Under the pieces are notes generated by a model. The model did not search any database and was not told the origin of the DNA. It worked only from the letters and a program-made list of their open reading frames with translations. Below, piece after piece: positions 49,401-60,920 of a stretch of DNA of 64,000 nt. The position numbers and the translations under genes are program-made. The stretch covers positions 32,656,122 through 32,720,121 of the forward strand of contig NC_068995.1 in the NCBI RefSeq assembly GCF_001194135.2, in the 5' to 3' direction. This DNA is from Octopus bimaculoides. Taxonomy: Eukaryota. How positions within the stretch are numbered: the first letter of the stretch is position 1; every line of letters starts with the position of its first letter.

Positions 49401-52400
49401 GCAGTGTTATTATATCCACTACGCTATGTAATGGGGAACAGTATTGTTTCAGTATAATATTGTGATATTGATTTGTGTCGATTGTAAAGCTACAATGGAG
49501 GGAACCGTCAAGTCTGATTTCTGGTGACCTTTTACACCAACTGTTTTCTAAACTTATACATTATACAGGGGTGAATTGCTGTTGCTTTCCTCTTGAGTTC
49601 AGTGTTTTTCCTACAGGATAACTGAATTCTTAACCCTTTAGCATTTGAACTGGCCATATCAGGCTCAATATTCTACCTGTTTTATGTTCAAATGGCTAAA
49701 TTCAGCCTTTTGCACTTACCCTGCAATGTCATTCTAAAAAATAAATCATATTGAAATCTCAAATCTGTGAGATAATGCATAAATAATTCAAATCAATGTG
49801 AATAAGTAGGTATTACATTTGACACTCTGAATGCTAAGAGGTTAATTAACATGACTGACTATCTCACAGTTTCTATTTAACAAACTTCACTCACAAAGCT
49901 TCAGTAGGATACCCTTGCCCAAAATGCTGTATGATGAGATTGAACCTTGGACACTTTGGTTGTGAAGCAAACTCCTAAATCACACAGGCAGGCTATTCCT
50001 CCTATAATTAATTACTGTCATCATCATCAACAGTTAACATCTGTTTTCCATATTGGCATAGGTTGGATGGCTTAACTGGCAAGGCCAGGAGCTGCACCAG
50101 GTTCCATAGTCTGTTTTGGCTTGGTTTCTACAGCCAGATGCCCTTCCTAATGCCAGCCACTTTACAGAGTACAGTGGGTGCTTTTTTAAGTGGCACCAGC
50201 ACCCACACCATTGTTTTTATATGATAAATAGTAGAGATGAGATGTTACTTGGTTTAGTTTAACTTCTATGTGATGTTCAGTCAATGTAATCCATGAAACA
50301 TTTTCTACTCCTCGCAGATAATGTTACCTTACAAATTGATGGTGTACTTTACCTCAGAGTGATTGATGCATACAAAGTAAGGCACTTCTTGTTCTCTTTT
50401 AACATTTTACTGTATTTTGTCAATGCTGTTGTTTGCCTTTTTAACCCTTCTCTTGTTCCCATATTTCTGTTGATATACATTGTGTTTTAATTAATTTTAG
50501 AAATTATGATGAATTTAGTAAAATAACTTTATTAAACTAGTGTTTGGAACATAAATTTACATGAAATTTTGATGGAAAGTTCTAAAATATGAAATTTGTA
50601 TCAGAATGAGGGACTCTCTTGAGCAGATTGATATCAAAAGGGTTAGCCTTAATTTAGTGATTTTTGATGATTATTGCTTGGGCTGACAACTCACTTGCAG
50701 TAGAAATGATATTTTTACAATATGGAGGGAACATATGGAAGAGGCAGACCCAAGAAGATGTGGGATGAAGTAGTGATAAAGGATATTCAAACGTTGAGCC
50801 TCACAGGAGAAATGACAAGGGACTGAGACTTCTGGTGGTTTGCTGTACATGACACACCAATCTAAATAAAATCATGTATGTCCATACCTGCAAGCATGTC
50901 CTCTACACCCCTCTCTCAGCAGAGAGTTCCTAGTCTTGCAGACTCATGGATGCTGGTACCATGTAAATGTACCCATACTCATGCCTGTGCCAGTGTCACA
51001 TCAAAGCACCCAGTACACTCTGTAAAGTAGTTGGATCCCCTTGGTAAAAATGCTTTCGTTCTGTTTGTCAAAAAAAGGCATCAACAGCAGATATAGCATC
51101 AACATCAAAGTGGTGCTAGTTCCCAGCCAAGTGTTTTTTCATGTTGGGGAACAGATGATTGTCAGATGGGGCCAAATCAAGAGAACAGGGAGGGTGATCA
51201 ACCAGTTCAAAGTCGCAGTCATGCACAGAAGCCATTGAAAGCAAGGACTTGTGTGCTGGAGAATTGTCCTAGTGAAACAGGACTCCCTTTGTCAGTTTTC
51301 TTGGGCGTTTGGTCTTGATGGCCTTTCGTAACTGCCTCAGTAAGTTGGCATAATACTCTCCATTGATGGGTTGAAAATAGTCAATAAACACAATACCTTT
51401 TGCATCCCAAGAAACTGAGGCCATCACCTTCCCTGCAGGTGAAATAACTTTGGCCTTATTTGGAGCAGGTGAGGAGGGGTATTTCCACTGCATGGATTGT
51501 CTCTAGCTCTAAGTTGTGAACTGAACACTCATCTTGGGTTAGGAAACATTCAAAGAAACTGGCTGGGTCTGCTTCAATCTCAGATTTTCCCATGATGTGG
51601 TCAGGTGTCAGAAGACATGGCACCCATCAAGCAGAAGCCTTCATCATGCTAAATTCATTGTGCAAAATATTCTCAACTCTTATGAAATTTGTTAATAGTA
51701 TTGGCTATTTAATTTATAGTCAAACACAATCAAATTTTCCCTTGGTAGCGGCACCTGCAAGACACTCAAACCTTGGGTCATCTTTAAGGCTCTCCTTCAT
51801 TCCTCTCCTAAATTCAGCTTCCCACTTTTGCACTGTTGATAAATCTGAAGCATCATCCTCTGATTTAGCAAGCATGTCAGCATGAATGTCCTTGGGGACA
51901 AAATTGCTTTTCTGCAGGTACTTGATAAAGGCCATGATACCAAATTTTGTCCATTTCCAAAAGAAGTTGCTATTAGTTACTTTTGAAGTCTTCTTTGAAC
52001 AGTCAGATGTCAGTTTACCTGGAGAGAAACAATATGGTTATTAAGAGTTGCATGGAAGATTTCATAGCTCTAGCATCACTCCTTCATAGTCAGCCTTTGA
52101 ATCTTTCAGCCCACTCTTGTATATATGGCTTAATCAAAGCCATATTAAGGGCCAAATAGTGGTGTTAGCCCTCTAGCATTTAAAGCAGCCAGACCTGACC
52201 TCTTATAACTACTTTACAATATCATCTTAGAAATGAACAGTCACATCATCAAAATCTTGAAACTATGAGATAATGCAGGATTGAGTCAAAACAATGTGAA
52301 TAATTAAGTATTACATATAACATAGTAATCTGAATGCTGAAGGGTTAAATCAAGAGAATAAGTAGTCTGCTACCCAAGGACAGGAGTGGTCCTCTCCTGT

Positions 52401-55400
52401 GGACTTCCATACAAAAGACACTTTCCTAAGAACTATGCAGTGAGTCAAACCAGAAATCTTACAGCTGCAAAACAAACTTGTTTATTACACACCTTTGTGT
52501 TGTCAGTACAATGAAATCCGACTACATTCCAAGCTGTGCACACCTGGTTTAGAATCCTGATAATTCACAGATTTCTTTCTTTTTCAGGCCAGCTATGGTG
52601 TTGAAGATGCTGAGTATGCTATCACACAGCTTGCTCAAACAACAATGAGATCTGAAATAGGCAAAATCAATCTTGATACTGTATTTAGAGAACGAGAACT
52701 GTTAAATTATGCAATCGTAGGTAAGTTTCAGCAAAAACGTACCCTACTTTCTTTCAATATGACTTTCTACATGTTACTCAATGTGTTGTTGGCACTCCGT
52801 CGCTTATGACGTCGAGGGTTCCAGTTGATCCGATCAACGGAACAGCCTGCTCGTGAAATTAACGTGCAAGTGGCTGAGTACTCCGTAGACACGTGTACCC
52901 TTAACGTAGTTCTTGGGGATATTCAGCGTGACACAGTGTGACAAGGCTGACCTTTTGAATTAGAGGCACAACAGAGACAGGAAGAAAGAGTGAGAGAAAG
53001 CTGTGTTGAAAGAGTACAGCAGGGTTCGCCACCATCCCCTGCCGGAGCTTCATGGAGCTTTAGGTGTTTTCACTCAATAAACACTCACAATGCCCGGTCT
53101 GGGAAGCATGTTGCTCAATATGTTATCATTATTCTGTCAAAGTGAGAGGTAGATGAGTAGAGGCAGCTTACTGGCTGTCTCTACTCACCTACCTCTCACT
53201 TCTAGAAACTTACTAAGCATGTTACCAAATTTATCCTACTCACAACTACAGTCTTATCACAGTCCATTCCCTCCTATGAGTTTCCCATAGACTTCTGTCT
53301 TCAATTGAACTTTCAACATGTCACCCTCACCTGTGTGGGAGAGACTGCAAATGCCACAAGTATTGCTATTTTCATTTGACTTAATTTTTTTTAAGAAATA
53401 ATAATTTTCAAATTTTCACTTGGTAAGTTATACTTCAAGTTTCAACTTTGAGAAGTGACCATCTCTCTTTAGAGCACATCTATCCCACAACAATATGCTT
53501 GTGAACATTATTAGAATAATAGACTGGATCTAACTGTCATATCCTTGATAAGAAAACCTATTACAAGTTACTGGCAATCCTTCACTCATCACTAAATTGT
53601 GCCCATTCTTCTCTTCCATCTTCCCCACTACAAAAAGGAAGTTATACTCTTCTGCATTTATTCACATTTTTCTAAAGCATCAATTAAAAAGCAGTAAATT
53701 ATTGTTAAAACCAATGTAAATTATACATCACATTTGACTCTTCAACCGTGTGTGTGTGTATTAGATAAAGGTATTTAAATGTAAGGAATTCTACCTTCAA
53801 ATTGTGAGCTAAAAAGTAGTGAAACAATGGTGTTATCCATTAAATGTTGTGAGCAACTTTTGATTAGATTTTTTTTTTTTCAGAAGCTATCAATAAAGCA
53901 GCCGAGGCATGGGGTATTGACTGCTTGAGATACGAAATCAGTAAGTGATTTATTTTATTTATGGTGTGATTTATTCTATATACAATGATGCTGTGGGAGA
54001 ATTAAGCATTTATTTGAATTGTGTTGTCCTTATTTACCAAAATTCCTATACCTGCTTTGCTTTTATCTTCTTTACCTTTCCAGAAAAAATGTAAATGGAT
54101 GCCTACTAAACCATTTCAAATTCACTGATGATATTGTACTCATTTCCAGGAACGTTAAAGAATCAACAAAAATGCTCAGAGAACTAAAAGAAGGAAGCAA
54201 AAAGATGTGGATTCAATATTAGTAAGATAAAAATAATCTCCATCCGTCTAATCACAGCTGGAAATATAGTAAAAGATGATGAAATAATTGAACATATGAA
54301 CCAATACACCTACCTTGGATGAATAATACGCTTAAAGGATAAAAATCAGACCAGAGAAATTTGAATATGAATACAATTAGAATGAACAGCCTTTGCTCAA
54401 TTGAATCACATCATGAGCAGTAACTAAAAAGAAAGGTCTTTATCCAGTATGTGCTGCCTACCATTACATATGCATCAAAAACATGGACTACCAAGAAGAA
54501 CATTGAAAATAAATTAAGATCAACACAAAGAGCCATAGAAAGGAGAATGCTGAAAATGAACAAAATGGATAAGTGGAGAAACAACAGGATAAGTGTAGCA
54601 GCAGGTTTAACATATTATCTGGAAAATAGAAATCCTGAAGTGGTCTTTTGCAGCTCATGTTTACAAGAAAGGCTAATAGACAGAATAGCAAATACGAAAT
54701 TGACAGAGTGGACATCACATCAAGGAAAAAGGAAGGAAAGGCAATGCAGAAGTTATAATGAAGATTGTTAAATTCTTCAGCACCCAAACATGGATGAGGA
54801 AAACATCAGACTGTGGTTGGTGGAGAGATCCTACTGAGGCCTTCGCCCAGCAGTGGACTGAACATGTGCAAGGATGACACATGTATGTATGCACATATGT
54901 ACACTATGCAGTACCTCAAGCTTTTAATAATAAAATAGTTTTTTCACCTTTTCTTGTCCTGTTTTTAACTCCTTTTAACTTCTCTTAATTTATTCAGTTA
55001 CAGTATTTTGTCCTCCTCCTTTACCTTCCTCACCTTTTCTACTAACAGCGTCACCCTGTTGTTTTATAAAATATCATCATCATCATCATCCTTGTTTAAC
55101 GTCCGCTTTCCATGCTATCATGGATTGGATGATTTGACTGAGGACTGGTGAACCAGATGGCTACACCGGGATTCAATCTGATTTGGCGGAGTTTCTACAG
55201 CTGGATGCCCTTCCTAACGCCAACCACTCCGAGAGTGTAGTGGGTGCTTTTACGTGTCACCGGCACGAAGGCCAGTCAGGTGGTACTTGCAACAGCCAAC
55301 CTCAAAATGGTGTATTTTACATGCCACCTGCACAGGAGCCAGTCCATCGGCACTGGCAACGATCTCGCTCGAATGTCTTTACAAGTGCCAGGAAGGCGAC

Positions 55401-58400
55401 GCTGGGCACAGGTGCCATCACAATTTCGATATATATATATTATTTTGTTTAAAAGAGTTCCAACACTGTCTGTTTTTTATGTTTTATTTATATTCCTGCA
55501 GAACCAATGTGGGGTATAGAATATGGAATATACAATATATAATATAAAATAAAATAAAATAAAAATGGATGGCACCATGAAATAAAGTATTGAATGTAGA
55601 TGAAATATTGAGTGTTCAATATAAAGGATCAAATATATAAATATAAATATCTACTTTTCATTCTAGTATGATTGGACTGTACTGTATACACACATATTTA
55701 TGTGTGAGTATATATATCTTTCATTAATGTAGACATTGACAAGAAAACCAAAGAGTGAAGTCTATTTCAGTGATATTTATTCTAAATTCCTGTGTCAAAT
55801 TTTCCATCAGAAATACAATGAACTAGTGGTCAGCCCATTAGAAATCTATAACCAGTTCCCCTATTGTTGACTAATTACAATATGAAACAAGTTTCATTTG
55901 ATTTGCCTCTGTTATTCATTTTCTGGTGTTTCTGGAAATGTTACAAAGAACCAATGACTTATTTTGATTGCCTAGTGATGTAAGTGAGAGAACTATTTAT
56001 GAAAACCATTGTACATATTTTATTTTATATGTTATCAGGGGACATGAAACTACCAGCACGTATTCAAGAAGCTATGCAAATGCAAGTGGAAGCCGAACGG
56101 AAAAAACGAGCAGCCATTTTGGAATCAGAAGGTTTGGTTCTTATCTCTTACTTGTTTCACTCATTAGACTGCGACCATGCTGGGGCACTGCCTTGAAGAG
56201 GTTTTAGTCAAACAAATCAACCCCAGTAATTTTCTCTTAAAGCCTGGTACTTATTCTATCAGTTTCTTTTGCCAAACTGCTTAGTTAAAGGGACGTAAAC
56301 ACACCAGTACCAATTGTCAAGTAGTGGTGGTGGACACACACACATACATATGATAGGCTTCTTTCAGTTTCCGTCTACCAAATCCACTCACATGGCTTTG
56401 GTCAGCCCAAAGCTATAGTAGAAGACACATGCCCAAGGTGTCACACAGTGGGACTGAACCCAGAACAATGTGGTTGGGAAGCAAACTTTTTACCACACAG
56501 CCACACCTGCAACTTATACAATCTTATGCAATCATTTCATTAATTCTGTAACATATTTTACCAGAATTCTTCTCATTCAGCTGTTTATTAGAAGTATTAG
56601 AAAATTTCATCATATATACATGTCATAACTTTCACGTTTTGATGTGCCGTTCCCAATATGACTCAATATTTCTATTCAGGCATATTTGAAGAAAGGTATA
56701 AGTTTCAGCCTTCTTCCACACTAGTATTATTTGGATATTCAACAGTTGGATGCTCTTCTTAATACTCTCATTTATTTGTTTTCAAGAGATCAACTTTCTT
56801 TTATTTCATATCAAGCTGCCAAATATTTTGTTGTTGCAAGACACAAAATCTTTCACTGCTGCTTAACTGTGGCTTTGTGAAGTCAAACATATGCAAGCAT
56901 GCACACACACACACGTATCATCATCATTATCATTTAACGTCTGTTTTCCATGCTGGCATGGGTTGGACAGTTTGACTGAAAGCTAGGGAGCTGCACCAGG
57001 TTTCAATCTGATTTAGCATGGTTTCTACAGCTTGATGCCCTTCCTAATATGAACCACTCTAAGAGTGTAGTGGGTGCTTTTTTTAGTAAATTGAAAACTG
57101 GTTGTCTATGGATTAGACTTAATATTTTGTCCAGTTTAAAACCACCACCTTTTCATTGAGTAGCTTCAGTAGATTTCTTTATTACATGCATCCAGGCCAA
57201 ATCTGACATAAAGAGACACCGTAAAAGATCATGGTGCTGCCTTTCTTTTTCTAAGACATGAAATGGGAAAATTAGGTTGAAATGGATGTGTAAATAATAA
57301 TGTAGTGGTTTAGCAGTTCATATCAGTTGTATAAGGGCAAGACATTTCCTTCACCTGGCTGTAGGGAACAAGCATTAGACATTGTAATATAAGCCAACAT
57401 CCTATCTAGAAAGAGATGGCAATATTAGGATTTCTCATCATTCTGTTCAACACTACAAAATCTGGAATTAAGCATTGTCCATGAAACGCTTTCCAATTTA
57501 AAAGTCATGTGAAAGATTTATATTTTCAATATTTGCAGGTTTTTTTTGTTTTTTTTTTTTCTTCCTTTTCTGTGATTGACTTTCTTGCTAGTGTTTTCAG
57601 GTATTTCCAGTTCCCTGACTCCAGTGTTACTGCCCAGTACCTATTTTTGGTCTTTCTTATCCTCTTGCATTTGTGTTCGTCTAACCATAAACATCCATTT
57701 TTTTTTCAAGGAATCCGTGAAGCTGATATTAATGTAGCTGAAGGTAACAAACAATCTATCATTTTGGCATCAGAAGCTAACAAACTAGAACGGATAAATC
57801 AAGCTGCTGGTAAGAATTTGTTTTGGTCCCATTATTGTTGTTTAAATTATTAACCCTGTAGCATTCACATTATTCTGTCAAAAGTAATGCTTTTTTATTC
57901 ACATGTTTTGAATTAATCTTACTTTATCACGTAGCTTTGAAGTTTTGATGAGGTTAACTATTAACTTGTAGAATGATTTTGTAGGGTTGGTGTGAGAGTC
58001 CAGATATATGGCCAGGCTGAACATAAAACAGGTAGAATATTTGGGCCAGATATGGCTTGTTTGAATACTGAATGGTTAAAGGCTCAAAAATGGGGACTTG
58101 TAGTTGATTTGTAACTGTAGGTTAACTTTAATTGAACTGACCTTTGGCAAACAGGTAATCAGCTAAATAACTAGGTGTTATCCATAGAGCTACTGATCTT
58201 GAGACAACTTCTCTGATGCTGCAAGGTAGTAAGGTATGAGAGGAGATATTTGGCTATTAATTCATACAGTTCAGCCAGCTATATAGAAGCTCCTTTGACA
58301 TAATCTGGTGGGGCGAGAGTTAGACTCAGCCAGAGTACTACAGTGGTTCATCTTCTGCACATTGAAACTACTTGGCAGCGTAGTATTTTGAGGACTTCTC

Positions 58401-60883
58401 TGAGGTCACTCAACTTATTAGAAATTATAGCTAAATCTCTTGAATTTTCACACTGTCAAGCTTAAATTAGATGAATAACTTCAATATTTGGTTTGGTATT
58501 TCACTGAGTGTCAATAAAATATTGATGTTTGTGTAAGCAACTTGTATTTCCCTTCTCTTCCTTTTCCTTTGGGCCATCATCATCATCATCATCATCATCG
58601 TTTAACGTCCGCTTTCCATGCTAGCATGGGTTGGACGATTTGACTGAGGACTGGTGAAACCGGATGGCAACACCAGGCTCCAGTCTGATTTGGCAGAGTT
58701 TCTACAGCTGGATGCCCTTCCTAACGCCAACCACTCAGAGAGTGTAGTGGGTGCTTTTACGTGTCACCCGCACGAAAACGGCCACGCTCGAAATGGTGTC
58801 TTTTATGTGCCACCCGCACAAGCCAGTCCAGGGGCACTGGCAACGATCTCGCTCGAAAATCCTACGGGAGCCAGTCAGGCGGTACTGGCAACGGCCACGC
58901 TCAAAATGGTGCATCTCATGTGCCACCCGCACAAGAACCAGTCCAGGGGCACTGGCAACGATCTTACTTGGCTTGCCGGGTCTTCTCACGCACAGCACAT
59001 TTCCAAAGGTCTCGGTCAGTAGTCAATCAAGTAATAAAATTACAGTAGGGAATTTAGACCTTGTTGTGTTTCTCGTTAATTTTGACTGTGCTTTAATCTA
59101 ATACCATTACCTATTGCTAAATACTAACAGGCTGGACCAGCAACTTATGTTGTACTGTTGACTCTAAAGAGGTTGGTTTCTCAGACTAAGGTATCCGAAA
59201 CAGTAAATTATTAGCTTACACTGCATGGAAAATAGGAAGTAGAAAATATCTTGAAAAATAAAAGATTTGAGGTGGAGCACAAAACAGCAGAGCGCATGTA
59301 CAGCAACAAGCACTGGATAATTTATATTCTAGTGTTAAGAAAGAGGTCATTGCAATGGATAATAAATGCCTTTTGGGATGATTAATTAGTCATGATTGTT
59401 TGAAAATATAAACACAAGACTACTTGATATATTAAACCAGAAATCAAATTTTTTTTTTTCATTTTCTTCTTTATCCCCTCTCAAAGTTTTCCATTATTCA
59501 TTTAGGTGAAGCTGAAGCAATTGTGAAACGAGCCAAAGCAAAGTCTGAATCTATTCTTTTAATATCAAATGCCATTTCAGAGAATGTAAGTACTTTTTTT
59601 TTGTTTTAATTAGATTGTTTGTTATTCATTGGTGATGTAAATTGTATTTCATATCCAAACTGTTATTTAGCAACCCTGTACTGTGACTAGGCACATGTTT
59701 TAATGCCATCAAATCAGTTATGAAATGGCTTGTGTAACATACTTTCACTTCAGCATGTTTGAATACTGGTTCAGTCGGCAAGCATCTTAATCATTTAATC
59801 AATTATTATCCTCATCAATGCTTTTACATTCACTTTTCCATGCCCACAAGGGTTGGACAGAATTACGTTGAGGCAGATTTTCTCCAGTGGGATACCCTTC
59901 TATCACCAACCCTCACCTGCTACCAAGTAAGATAATATTTCCCCATAACCAGACATGTTTTCTCAGAGAATAAGGAACAAAGGACATTGTTCAATATGTT
60001 GAAGTAGAGTGGACATGTATGTTTATTACAGCAAACATTGATTGTCTTCTGAGTTTCACTCCAGGTGGACTGTTTAAGAGACTGTAGACCGTCAACCTTT
60101 TATATGGTGGACTCTCTTGTAAATGACAGATGAGGGTTCCGCAATTGAGAACTCAAGATTCTATTGAGCAACCAGTCTGCACAACAACTGGCATTGCTGC
60201 TTTGTTTATTGTGATCAAATGTTTGTGTTGTAGATTAGCTTATAAAGGGTAAAGACCCTTTTCAGTCATGAATGACCATGGGATTGTACCTAGAAAAGTT
60301 ACCCTCCAAGGCACAAGTCCCGTGAATGTTGTTTATGGAAGACCTGCAGTCACCTTTGCATACCAGCCTCTCCTCTCCACATCACTGATGTTATCCAAGG
60401 GAAATGCATAGGCTGATAGAACTTGGGACCAGTGACATCGCAACTCATTTCTACAGCTGAGTGAACTGGAGCAATGTGAAATGAGTGTCTTGCTCAAGAA
60501 CACAACACACCGCCCGGTCCAAAAATCAAACTCACTACCTTGTGATTGTGATCCTGACATTCTAACCTCTGAGCCATGCACCATCACAGATAAGCTTATT
60601 CCTTCCATTAAATCAACATTTCCTGTACAGGTACACAGTGTGCCATATGTCAGTTGTTGAATTGATTAAAAACAATTTGAAAATATTAGACTTAGCCTTC
60701 CTTACTGGTCCACACTCTGAACAGTACAGTGCCATTTCCAACAGACCGTTCCAGGTATAGAACAGGGTTTTGATGGCAATTTTCCTTCTCTCTCATAAGG
60801 ACTGGTGGCTTGGGAGCTCCCATGATGGGCCATGAAGACCTGACCTTTGCTCGGGTCCTCAGGAGGAATCCCTACCAACCTTT

Positions 60884-60920
<37 letters not shown>

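Noticed and set aside
54868-54880. 13-nt match to U6 snRNA (GCAAGGATGACAC)
   Set aside because: The flanks do not match U6, and it sits at the end of an RTE fragment
58654-59101. Cluster of overlapping 87-122-aa ORFs as a novel gene
   Set aside because: They are open frames in a GC-richer, tandemly repeated RTE 3' UTR; the same applies to 55183-55547
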